A stretch of 64,000 nucleotides of DNA, taken from positions 1,860,001-1,924,000 of the forward strand of contig JAYWIR010000013.1 of the NCBI GenBank assembly GCA_036172245.1. Reading direction: 5' to 3'. Both the position numbers and the translations under genes were made by a program. The notes beneath the pieces are model-generated. The model was not told where the DNA came from. It saw only the letters and a list, made by a program, of their open reading frames with translations, and searched no databases. The DNA is from Raillietiella orientalis. Taxonomy: Eukaryota. The stretch's first letter is position 1, and every line of letters begins with the position of its first letter. Positions 50,901-64,000 of this stretch are shown here, piece after piece.

Positions 50901-53900
50901 GCACGAAAAACAGAAACGGGAATCTCAATCGAAAATCACTAGATTCCCAACCGGGTCGGATAGAAAAAGAAGAAGAAGAAGGAAAAAAAAAAAAAAAAAA
51001 ACACGGAATTGGAAAATGAATATTTTTTTTTCTCGCTAAAACTTTCTTCGGCTTGAGCTGATCCAAGGCAAACTGCCAAAGCAACAGCTACCTGCTTAAC
51101 CCATCCCACTGTGTGCCACACGAATCTTACGGGCAACCTTCGGTACGGGCGTAGCATTCACGGAACTGCCGTAATAGCGGCGAATCGAGGAGGGTAGTAC
51201 ATTCCATACTCCAAAATACCACGTTATACAAAACTGCACCGCCACAATTTACAGCAAGCTAATCAAAACATCAAATGTAGCAGTCTGGCGAGAGAGAGCA
51301 GGTGACAGGCTGAAGTTCGAAACGTGAAATTTCACTGCCGCAATTATGTACTTCACTTCTGATGGGTAAACCGCTATGTAACTCCCCGGCTTCCTGTCGT
51401 TTCCAAGCGCCTAAACAGTGCACCAAAAAAAAATACCTAAATTTTCCGATGTAACGGCGAGTACGAGTTGAAGAATTAAGGACTGCACGACCCCCACGGA
51501 GGAACCCGGCGCCCATCGAGAATTCGTGAATCGCGCCCGGGCTGCGGAATACGTAAGCGCTCCAACAGTCAACTGGAAACCTACTTCATCCATGAAGAAT
51601 GCATGGACCATCGGAAAGCTGTCTTTATTCGCTAATCTTAGACATCACTTACTCTGAAAGCCCGGATGCCAAGCAAACAGACACCTTCAGGCAATTTTGT
51701 TATCCCTCTTATTCTCTTTGATTAAATACAGAGAAATCTGAGCCCGACGCATCAAACCGTTGCAACCCCCTGGAACTTGAAAAATCCCAGACCGGGTTCT
51801 CTTTGTCGTTCTCCAAAGTTTTCCAAACTCCACAGTGTTCCAAAATGAATTGAAGCCGCCTTGAGAATTCTCCTCTTGCGATCCGGGAACTCATTTCGGT
51901 CGGGAAATTCTCTTTCCCGAAGTACGCCCCGTGGATGGGATCCAACTCCCAAACTTTCGACGTGTACACATATCGACTCGGCCAAACATTCGCAATTCGA
52001 GGACAATCGTTCGAAACGTGTTTTGAAATTTTTGGTTTCGTTTCACGGGAACGGAAAGGTCCCTTTCAGAATGCTGCGAACACCTCTTCAGAATTCCTTG
52101 GCATTCAATTCCTTTAAACGCGCAGCAGAGCCGTTTCCATTCTGTTTTCCGAAGCCGAGATCTCTAAAAGCTATTTTTAGCTGTGATAGTCAAGATCTCT
52201 TTTGTTTCCACTTCTTTCCTCGGAATGATTCCACGTATCGCAACTTCCACGTTTCCATATGTTTCCCTTAAAATGATACTGCTTCCCTCATAACTTTTAC
52301 ACCAACAGATCTTAATAAGTTTCACGAGACATTTATCGACACTTGTGGGCGTCAAGTATTTGCTTCCTTTGTCTTCCCGATTGCACAGATATTCGTTTAA
52401 TTCTGAACCGACTTATTCTCACAAGCTTATGTGGTTTTGGAACCTGTCTGTTGAACAGAAAGGAATACTGGATTTCCGGGAGGATATGAACACTCCGGCT
52501 ATCCCCACTGAAAGTGCACGAGGATGATTCGACGGCTTAAAGCTGGGAACACACAAACAGAATGCAAAAGACGCAATAGGTAAGGCTTGAAAAATTTCAC
52601 TGAAAGAAGAAAAAGAAAAGAAAAAAAAAAAAAAAACGAGAAGCTGTGGCATATGAGAAGAGCAAACAAAAACCCTAACACAAATGCCAGCGAATACATG
52701 AATCCAAGAGCCACGAAGTCATCGAAGATGGCAAAGAATATGTCAGCGAAATAGAGAAGAACATAAATCAAGAATTTCTGCAAACTGGACGTACTGCAAA
52801 TGTAACTACTTACTAATTACTTGTTTAAAAAATTATTACTGAATGTATTTAGCAGCATATAAATATTGTGCACAACTATAACTTTCAATACATTCAAATA
52901 ACCTCGGAAAACAAGAAAGGCTGAAAAAAGTACTTAGCATAAAAGCTATAAAATAAAAACAATTAGTAATGATTAAAAATTACGTTTCTACAGGTAAACA
53001 CATACTGTATATGAAATGGAAAAGTGTGTTTCTGAAAATGCACGAAAAAGATTGGCGTTCAAACAAAAGGGTAATCCAAAAGAGACCACGATCCACCTTG
53101 GAAATGAAGTCTACAGTTCTGATACCTTACACTGAATCACTGAAACTGGATACATCTCCACCAGAAGAACGCTTTTCCTTTCAGCTAACTAGACTGAAAA
53201 TGAGAAAAATGAAATCAGCAACAAGATTCCCACTGAACTTGAACTATGACGAATAGAAACAACACGCACCGGTCCTGTTTCCTGAAAGACTTACTACTGT
53301 GTGTATCAAGAGAAGAACTTCGATTAGTTCCAAGGAGGCTGCTAGCACTCGAACGCATACGAACATGAAACTCCGAAAAGAAAGCACATGGCAATAAGGC
53401 CACACCAATGACACAGTTTCTTCGAAGCGTAGTGGTGATGTCTACCATGATCTAACAACGTAAAGCCTGCTAGAAAGAATAGTTGGATGATGATGAATAC
53501 AAAGAAGTACTGCAAAACAATTTAAAAAAAATATACATATATAGCCGCGAAAAACAATCTTCTTGGAGATACACATTCACCAAATGGAACGTGGTCATCG
53601 CCTTGAGAGAGAGCTGTATTTTCCTGATACAATACAGCATCTTACAGCATCTCCTTGGCACACAGTACACAATACACGCAATGGACAGTCTCTGGATCGA
53701 CAAAACCTAGAGAACGGAACAAACCGGTTGGAAAGATTGCTTTAACGCTTAACCAAGACACCAATAAAAAATTCAAAGCTTAGAAACTTTGATGATTTTC
53801 AAATCTCATCTGGCAGAGCAAAGTTCCATGCCATGGAGGGTAGAAATAGAAACGCCGATTCATTACCTTCATTTCCGCAACGAAGTGACAACAGCATCCA

Positions 53901-56900
53901 ACTAGGACCGAGTAATTATTGGATAACCAGTAAAGGCAGCAGTTAATCTTGAAATATGCATCCAACACTTCTCGAAAAGGCAGCTGAGAACTACTCAGCT
54001 CCAAAGCCATTATCTGAATATAAGCCATCAATTTTCCCAAATTTGTGACTTGGGAAATCCAAGTCGCACCCCCAATCATTTTCACATCCATATAATAGTG
54101 TTCCGTAGTTACAGAGCTGCTGATTCAATCCATGATAAAAACACAATTTTGTACTGTATGCGCTGGAACTTGAAATCACTCCTCAACACTTCGATGCGGG
54201 TTATCCCAGACACGGGAAATACCGCAGAATGATGCCACGGAAAAATTATTCCTCCGTGAAGATCACTTACACTACGCTTCGTCTTCCATGGAAGCCAATG
54301 AGTAAAGCACTCCTCTTCGTTGCAGTTCCAGTTAATAATGGGAAACCATTGCTACTGCAAGATCCCGGAGGTCATGGGCCCAACTGGAACGCTTTCGGTG
54401 TCAACTACTGCGCAAGATAACAAACTCCATGCAGTGAGCCTCCGTTTCCAAGTCGGACCCGATTCGAATTTTGCTTATTAAGTGTGCATACGTGGAACAA
54501 AGGAAAATTCGTTGAAATTCTCACAATTCGCTGAATTCAGTGTCCCCTTCCTCCCCACTCAGACACCAAGTCCCATTCACTGAATTCGACACGATGGGCA
54601 CAAACACCTCTTTCTCCAGCATTCTCAAGTCACACGGCGCTCCTCATCACAAATACCGAGGAAACTTTTTCACTCGCCCACCATCAGAATTCACCTAATA
54701 CTTCGGCGTTTGATACAGCGCTTCATTTGCATTGCAAACAAGTTATGCAAATGTACCTAATGATTTCTATGAAACCATGGAATCATGGAAACAGGATCTG
54801 TACTGATGAACTCGAAAGCCTCGTTAAATGAAGGACATTCATTCACTGTCTGCCTCGTGTCTTAATGGCTGTTAGAAAATAACAACATAATACTGAATAG
54901 TATTCTGAATCACAGAAAACGAAGAACCAAAAATGAACAGGAAGAATTTTTTTCATCGAATTTATGACTTTCCACGAATTCAACGAACACCCATGGATAC
55001 TCTAGCCTATTCTTTCTTTTTTGTATTAACGTTAGCATACTGATTGATAATGTTGATTATGCTACCGGAATGTATACATCACAGAAAAATATAACTATCT
55101 GGAAACAGAAACCAAAAACAATCAAATTATTCACAATAATCACTTATGTGATAAACAATAAAATCAAGAATAAAACTTTCGATTCGTTAGATGGATTGAT
55201 TTTACTGAATAAAACGGATCACATGTACAGCAGTTTTTATACCCACTTTGAATGCATTAACACAACTCATTAATTCTGCCACGATTCTGCAAAGTTTATA
55301 ACGATAGAAATTCGATTCTACTTGATTTTAACCAAAAACAAACTTGCGTTTTGGCTTGCACTTCAATACAACGAGTGCACATGAATGGAATATTAAAAAA
55401 CAAAAAAGGGATGCTAGACAGTTTCAAAACGCATACTGTAACATCGTTAATCAAACTAAATCATTGGTCAAACATCAAAAATTCCAAAACCATTGATTTA
55501 TGGTTTTTGAACTTGGTTCAGAATTGCCTAATTTCATCTCAATTTTAAAAAAATCTAACACTTGAAACACTTATGCTGTGTTTGCCAAAAATCCCATAAC
55601 ACTTTCTAAACAATCGTGGATGATTTGGAATCAACGGTCACATCACAATTAAAAAATCATCAATTGAAAGAAAACCTTTGCATGCACATGGGAAGGTTAC
55701 TTTGATTGATTATAAATTGATAACTTTGATTTTATTATAAGAAATAATGAAAAGTACAATAAATCACTTTTGTCTTCAATAACAGAAACAATCGAAAAAA
55801 CACTTAGTCATAAAAAAAAGAAAAAGCAAAGTACTTTGTAAACTGAATATTTTGAACATATCACATAAATTCACATGAAACACAGCAATCAGTTACCATT
55901 TAGGTTACCAATTTTGACATAAGTTTATTAAAAATCTTATGTCTGAAGTTATATTCTGCATTAACAGTCAAGAATACTATAGGTCTATCTGTCCAAGAAA
56001 GTTCATTGAGAAATACATACAGGTTTCATGTGCCTACTGTGAAACAAACCTTGTTGAACACAAAAATAGAAATTGAAGATTAAGGGCTCAATAATACTAA
56101 ATCATCTGACTTTTACCAAATAGTGATTTTTTTGATAAATAACATATTCACTTGAAAACCACAAAAAACTTTAAAAAATTACCTTTCAGTTTCCTCAAAC
56201 GGCTGATCTACACTTCTTTCAAGAAATCCTGATGATAGCTCTGCTGTTGATAAGTCACCAGTCATCTCTCCTTGAGAATGATTGTGAAAGCTATAAGAAC
56301 ACGTAATTTGCTTCATATTCACATCAGAATCCTCCGTAATGTTTTGTGATAAAGAATTACTAATCACTTGAAAAGAATGTCCAGTAGACATGGGTGAGTT
56401 TTGCACTGGCACTGTGGTAAATATTTGTTGGGAAGATGCAACTGCTGGATTCTGATTAGCACTTTTAGATGGATCCAGCAAATTTGATGTGTTTAAAGAT
56501 GTATGTTGAGCAGATGATGGTGGAGATGATACTCTCGAAGATAAAACTAAACCACCAATATTTTCTCCAGAGCCAGAATTATTGGTAATATTTGGTCCAC
56601 ATGATAAAGCAGAAGGCTGAGATGTTCCACTTCCTATCTGGGATGCAACAGAGCTTGATATACCATATGTTTTACAAACTGAAGAAAGCATATTGCTGTT
56701 TGGATAAGATTCAGTGTTAATAGGAGGTACAGGTGGAGCTAGAAAAGTGGAAATCATGGTGACTGGAACACTAGTAGAAGTGGAAACAATTGGGGAACTA
56801 TTTTTATTCATGTTATTGACAGGTAAGGATGTTGAATGAATTCCAGTCTGTGGTGTTCCATAGGTGCTGGATGTTGGGACTGTACTTGTTGACACTTGTG

Positions 56901-57921
56901 TGCTACTGACAGGATTCAAATGGGCTGCTGATTGTGTCATGCTGGATTTCAAGTACTGCAAATTGGAAGCTTGGGTTGAAACTGTAGGTAATGAAATATT
57001 CACAGTAGTTGGAAGATGACTGCATTGGGGAGCAGAAGTACCCTGAACAGATGTTTGGGATCCAGATGCTACACTGGCAACAGATACTTTGGACAGAACA
57101 GGGTTTGGAAGGGCTGATGACTGAGCATTCACAGCTGGTGCAAGCGAAGTAATCACATGGGAATTCGCTGAAGCAATGGGCAGATTGTTTGTTCCATGAC
57201 TTGTTGCACTCTGTGAAGGAACACTGAACTGATGACTGATATGAGATGTATGCCCAACTTGTGTATGTGAATAAGTACTAACAGACTTGACAGCTGCTGT
57301 TGAAAGAATCTGAGAAGCTGAAGTAATTGCAACAGCAATTCCAAGATTGTTAGCAGAGATGCCACTTCCATTACTTGATAAAGGCACTTCTTGTTTTACA
57401 GATTCTGGCTGAGGAGTGGGCTGATCCATAAAATCCATACATTCCCATCTTCCTCGTTTATATGGTTCTGTTCTTATAATCTTGACTATTTTGAAACGCT
57501 TTTGCCATTCAGAAAGATCTGTAGCTTCAGAACGAACAGAAACTGTGATAACAGAATCGTCAGAGCAATTTGCATTATTTGAATTTTCATAAACTGATTT
57601 ATCGCATGTGGAAACGATTTCAATACCATAATTTCCACCTGTAGAAGGAATTATGGGACTGGGGATGGACTCCGTGACGAAGATCTGATTCACTCGCTTA
57701 TTCACCTGATCTAAAGTTTCCAAAAATTGCTGTTCAGTAACTTGAACATCTGCTTTTCCTATTGAATTAAGTAACTCCGAAAAATCCTCATTCTGTGAAT
57801 CTTCAAAATCATCTGAATCTTCAATAACTTCTCCTTGTAAATTATGAGATTCTGTAACACTTGTAATCTGGAAAGAAGAACTGGCTTTTTTCTTGTTCTC
57901 ACTATCATTTGACTCCATCAT
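47903..57921 (-). CDS. bun: TSC22 domain family protein, bunched long isoform (BunA / TSC22D1-long type); 3 coding exons, ~666 aa
   Basis: Exon 57921-56183 carries long-isoform motif 1 ([13 protein letters not shown]) and motif 2 ([25 protein letters not shown]) plus a Ser/Thr/Pro-rich region, and ends in a phase-2 donor AG|GTAATT. Exon 48334-48283 ([17 protein letters not shown]) and exon 48112-47903 ([39 protein letters not shown]...) form the TSC box and leucine zipper. Total 2001 nt, in frame. Confidence 0.93.
49605..49626. repeat. (TG)n microsatellite in bun intron
   Basis: Perfect TG run. Confidence 0.9.
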
Positions 57922-60900
57922 TAGTTCAGAAAACCATTTTTAACTGACTTTTCAAATAAATGATTATTTGGCAAGTCTTGGGGCCAAATTCTACGTAAAC
58001 TAAACAACGTATCACACAATAACCATAGTAATGTGCCATTAATGGTGCTTAAACAAATAAAAGCATTCCTAAACGTGGATAATAGCATAAGAAGTCAAAT
58101 ATGCTCCTGCATATACATCTGCACATCTCTGTAAAATATTTACATGCATTTATTTAACAAAAAAACTATATCAGTTTATCTGTAGCAATAACAGCATATT
58201 GCTTGATATCAATAACCACTTTAGGAATGACTTGAAAATGCAATTATATTGATAAAAACTATAAAGAAATAAAACATACACAAAGGTAGACTGTATTGCA
58301 ACTTGTAACAACAAGTTGAGTAAAAACCAAATACTTTTTCCAAATTAACGCTCATCCACGACTATTAATTATCATTTTGTTTAGTCTGAACATTTCACCA
58401 TTTAATCTAAGTAATTGAAAGATATAAATCTTTTTCAACAGAATGGTACAATCACACACATTTATATAAGTCCAATATCAAAGAAACATTGGGGAAACAA
58501 TCACAAGGAGCTTAAAGTAAAAAGGATACAGTTCAAAGAATGTGCCATAGTTCAAAGTAAAAATAACGTATCAGCAGACTGTAAAAGAAAGCAAATGTAA
58601 AGAATACCGTATTTAAAAATATACAATTACAATTATGTATTACCATGTGGCTGCTTATTATGGTCTTCTTTATACAATGTAACTAAGAATACAGCAAATG
58701 TTTGATAATGTACAGATATGGATTCAGTGTTGTGAAAATGAAAGCATTATGCTGGATTTGCAATTAACATTAAATTGGAATAATAAAATACGGTATCAGA
58801 AGATAATATTATGATGCTGAGTTCAAATATTAAACAATGAAAACAGTGACAAAAAAAAAACTCTAGAAGTACAATGCAATTAGATGAAGCTTTTACAGAA
58901 AGTGTTCACATGGAGAGATCTCACCATTCTTGATGTAAAATTCAATTGCTGGACAGGACTGCTCTTAAAATAATAGTGCATTATCAATCCCACTGAATGA
59001 AGTATCATATGAAAATTTATTGTTGTTACTTAAATAATACATATAACAGCACCTTGAATATTATGACAGGAAAACACTATATAAGCATACTGTTCATTTA
59101 TTATTATGTACTCAAATATTTAGTCCCTTGGAAAAAAATTCTACTTTAAAAATTTTCATTAATTGAAAGGCCTTACAGATTGTAAGCTTTAATAATCTTA
59201 GCATAATACAGAATAACAAGAAATGCATCAACCAGGTCATCTGCTAAATTCTATTCAAGTAACATATCACTTATCTTTGTAATCAGTTAAGCTATATTTA
59301 GAAGCAAACTAAAAAATACATTTACATTGCATTATGAGAAAAAAATGAGATTAAAGATTCCACTTCAGCAATATCATAGCATTTTTCAACACGATACCAA
59401 AACAAAATTCATTCTGGAACAACCATGCATAAGAATGCTTCTTTTGAAAAGGGTCCAAAATCAAAAGATGACTGTTCATTTACACATTAACAAACTGATA
59501 ACTTAAGTGAAAAGTTTGGATACAGGAACAAAGTTGAGAAATTTTTCAGATATTTTAATGGAAAATATTTAAATTACGAAGAACCTCTTAAAAATCAAAG
59601 ATTTAGTCAGACCAAGAGTAAAGGCTTAATTGCTGAACATTCATAAATCAAACCATGATGGCATACAAATATTACTTTCCAAACAAAAAATAATCTTCAA
59701 ATGTAGATGAATTAATAATTCGGCATATTGCACGTATAACAGCTTTTCTGAGAATCAAACAGTAATGATAAAAGTAATAAAGGTATTAAAGGAGTAATAA
59801 AAGAGGAAGAGAACAATGACAACTGAAAAATCCAGAATATTTTAGTATAATCCAAAACCAATTTTTGTTAATTAAAATTAATTTGACAAGTTTAGGTATC
59901 ATACCTAAAATCTAAAAGGTGATTTTTGCACCTCAGACTTCAGAAATTCTATACTTTAATGCGTATCACCATTACATCACATATACTATTTGGAAAACCA
60001 ATTACCAGGTGTACAACATTATCAAAGAATAAATACTACAACAAATCCGCTTACAGATGATGCAGTAAAATCATGTAGGTTACTATTTGAAATAATTTAC
60101 GTTCACATGGACAACAAATGACTTGCATTCTGACAAACATTCAGCTAACTACGAACTATTACGTTAAACTGAAACGAATTACACAACATAAGCATTACAA
60201 GCTAAGTATGTTTAATTAAATATAAAAAGCGAGAACACAAAAAGTAGAAAAACAATTACTTGTACCGGAAAATTTCGACATTTTTGAAGGTTATTGAAAA
60301 CTATTTATGCAGTAAACGTGAATTCACCAGCTCTTTGAATTTATGTAAACCATCCATGAACTTAATTTATTTAAAAGGTGTATGATTTCACAGAAGGCAG
60401 GTTTCAAAGATTAAGGCAAAAAATTTCTCCATATAAATAAGATGCAAACATGGGACATACAAACTATGCTAGACCCTTTAGTACTTGATAGGGAGATGTC
60501 CAGTATTTTTCCTGGATACAGTTTAATTTCATTTCAATCACAAATGAAATCGAGAAAGTATGTAAGAAAGTGTTGTGTAACCATCAATTTGAATTAAACT
60601 TTGAATCAATTTATTTAATCTGAAAATAAAAACTCATAGAATCTTCAGAAACTTTTCTGAGCTCTCTAAGTAGAAAATCTTGAAAGTACCATTCCCATCC
60701 ACAACTTATTTATTAATCTTTAAAACTAACATCACTAAAAATGACTGCTAGCATCATTACACCAGTATCTTAATTATAACTGTTAGAATAACCAAATATA
60801 TTAAGTTACTCACTACCTTAATCACTCACTAGAAGGATTTGCAGAATACAATGAGATAATGAAAACTACAGAATTAATTAAGCTACTTCTATACAGGAAT

Positions 60901-63900
60901 GATTTGACTATGAAATTTAAAAAGCCATGAGAAAATACTCATTGTAGTTCTGCATGCATGTGTATATAAACATATACATGCATGCAGAACATACAGGCTA
61001 TGTGATAAGCAATTTTATCATAGTGGGAGACACTGATAACTGAGCATTTTTCAATACACCAACAATAGCTCGAGGAATTTAATACTTCTGCAAGATCCTT
61101 CACTACTAAGTTTAATCAAATTAACTTTAAATCTGAGAAGCATACCGTTTAACTGCATTCATCCAAAGTAATCTCATAAGAATCTTAAAAGTAATCTTTT
61201 AAGAAATTTTAATTGAATTCACTCATTCAACGCCATTTTAATTTTCTTTAAAAAAAGTTCTTTAACAATTGAAACAGAATCCAATTTTAATTCTGCTTGG
61301 AGTTAAATAAACAGTTAAGGAAATTATGTTGTTCTTTTACTTTTATTTGGAGAAATGCAATAACAACTATGTTCTGTTTAGGTAACACAAAATAGGCTTC
61401 GTATTAGTATCTTTTATTTATCTAAGTGAGCCTTTAAAACTAATCCTATCTTGCAAAACATGCCTCCTGAAATACCTTGCAAGAAATGCATCAAACACCC
61501 CTCATATTTTTGGTTGAATTACAGCTAATATTAAATTACAAAAACTTTGAATTTATGATAAATTCAAAGACTTAACTGACAAATCAAGCTTACAAGCTTA
61601 CTTTTTCAAACTGAATTCTTAAAAGTATCAAAATTCCGCACCTGAACTTGAGAACATGCAAATACCAATTGAAATTATACTTTATAAAAATAAAAACTCT
61701 TTAAATGAAATGAATAACTTGAACTCTCAGGTCTTGCACTTTATTACAAATGAAAATGCACACCCTAGTTGGAGATAAAATTCGAATTAACTTAAATCCC
61801 AACATAATGCACCTCTACCTCAAAAAAATGTTCACTTTTAAATACATTCAATACGCTTTAATAATGCTTGATTCTTATTTTGTATTCAATTTCAAAAATC
61901 ATTCCCTTATACACTCAACAATAACTTAACAGACTTCAAAACTAAACATTCGTAATTTTACATGATGCAAACTAACATCTTCAAAACCTCTGTTGAGGCA
62001 AGTATATTTTAAATCAGGAAACGCTTAAATCATCTGCGGTTTTTCAAAGTACAACAGTATACCACTGCTTTGGGTGCAAATCATTAGTGATCAGAACTGA
62101 AAAATGTAATCACTCTTTAAAGATGAATCATATTTTTTTATTTTAAACAAATTCACTACTTATGACAGGATACTGTCTTTTGTTTAGCTATAGATTTCTA
62201 CATTATAAACTTGAAATTCATTTCTTAACAGCAGTTACCACACAAATAATACTGCAACAATACTAGAAGAACCAATTATATCAATAATGAAATTTTCATT
62301 TTATTGAGACTTTCAGTTATTCAAAGGCAATATTTCAAATACAAAGATAAATAATTATAACAAAAATGAATGCGATAATTATTTATCTATTTAATAATAC
62401 TGTATATTGTCCAGATATGCAAACTAATAATAATATAAAAGCATAAATAATGGCAGCCCAAAAGTCAACTAATGAAATTCTTCATACATCGAAGTTGGTC
62501 ATGCCTATATGTCAATTAAGATCTTTAGAGCTCTAGAGGTATTTATTATCCATGATTTACTCCCATTAACATACGCATTTATTTAATTAACACAGGACAT
62601 AAAAATATAAATATCAACAATGTATGAAATAACTTCAATTGAGTTCTTGACCCAATTATAGGTACAACAACAACACTTCCAAAATTATATTTTACCTTTA
62701 GAATTGTTAACAAGAACTGTTATGTTTATCAATTACAATCAAGGTGATTCAATATGCTATGTCTATTCTCTTACACATTTTATAAGCTAATATCACGTTT
62801 TTATATACAACTCTGTTTAATGCAAGGTAGTCTTTAAAATCTTTATACCACCTGAGGATCTTGAATCTTAAAACACATAATTTTTGAGGTTACCTATTTC
62901 TAAAAACCATTCAAGCAGTCAAATTTTCAAAACCCGTACAAGCTGTTTTTGATTATTACATTTCATATCATTAAATCTGCAAATAATTTAAAAAATCAAT
63001 TATTAAAAAACAATTCTTCAAAGGAAAATATTTATATTCTACATAACTCAAATGATTACTGAACTACTTCTCAATAAAAATCAAGAAGGGACTACTACAT
63101 GATGTAGGAATCAAGAACATTAACTTGAAATATGTTGTACAAAATGACATGCACATTTATAAAAAATAGACATAATTGTATCTGAAATGTCACTGCATCA
63201 ACTGGTGTATGCTATTAATGATAGAATCAACTATTTAATTCCAGACTATCGTGTCTGAAGTAATAGTCTAAAATGAAATAATTTAAAATTACATGTGCAC
63301 ATGTGAACAGAAAATAGCACAATGTAAGGAAACTGTGTGAATCATCTTGAAAGGATCAAATATCAATGTTGCATATTAAGTTATCATACATTAACTTTTT
63401 AAAATAGTCATTCATATTCTTCACAAAAAAGAATCATTTTGAAAACAAATGAATAATACAATTAAATGTAAGTTGGCTTGCATAAAGTCACACATTAGTA
63501 GTACACTAATACATAATAATGAAGGATTTGAATATTAAGTAGCATTGCTTATGCAAGTTACAACTTCGAAAGGCTGCAACATACACAAAACACTCGACTC
63601 ATACATATTCAGTGCACATACACGGTTACTAACTTAACTGCTTACTTCATTATCTTTCAAAGAACGGGGAAGTAATTTCTGAATGACAACCGATTATAAC
63701 TCAAAAAAATTAGGTACACGAAATCAATGTCGTAGTTTTGAACCAGGTGTGAATTGCGTACAACAATTTCACATCTTACTACATCTAGATAGTTAAAATT
63801 TATTTGTTTTTATTCGAAACTATCTAATCTATAAGTGTTGCATCTACTAGGGACTAAAACACAATAATTTGCTTGGTACATCCCCACTACATGTTAACAG

Positions 63901-64000
63901 ATTTACCCAACAAAATCGTATACTTTAACAATAATGATTGGCTTGTAATAACTACCCTCATCCGAATTTTATGTTTTGGATGTATAACTCAATATAAAAC

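Noticed and set aside
1..64000. CRISPR arrays, operons, intact transposase or reverse transcriptase genes
   Set aside because: No regularly spaced repeat-spacer array and no recognisable RT, integrase or transposase motifs in the ORF track; the DNA is intron-containing eukaryotic sequence.

Overview
Eukaryotic genomic DNA with spliceosomal GT-AG introns, most likely from an arthropod, judging by its miniature-type ZP gene and bunched-type TSC22 gene. Three genes can be assembled exon by exon with consistent splice phases: (1) a miniature/dusky-family ZP-domain membrane protein (+, CDS 21697-25172, with a probable TATA promoter and non-coding first exon near 18.2 kb); (2) an 11-exon FAM194-domain ERICH6-like gene (+, 29402-37549) that the ORF track does not show as one unit; (3) a TSC22D/bunched long isoform (-, 57921-47903). 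The window also holds a family of diverged tRNA-derived SINE-like repeats, an identical 242-bp intronic duplication, a 13% GC island in GC-rich DNA, several ~50-nt introns and a steep GC decline from left to right. Most of the overlapping ORFs in the GC-rich half look spurious. There are no prokaryote-type systems (CRISPR, operons), and I found no convincing new biological system. Family assignments rest on remembered motifs, not on database searches.
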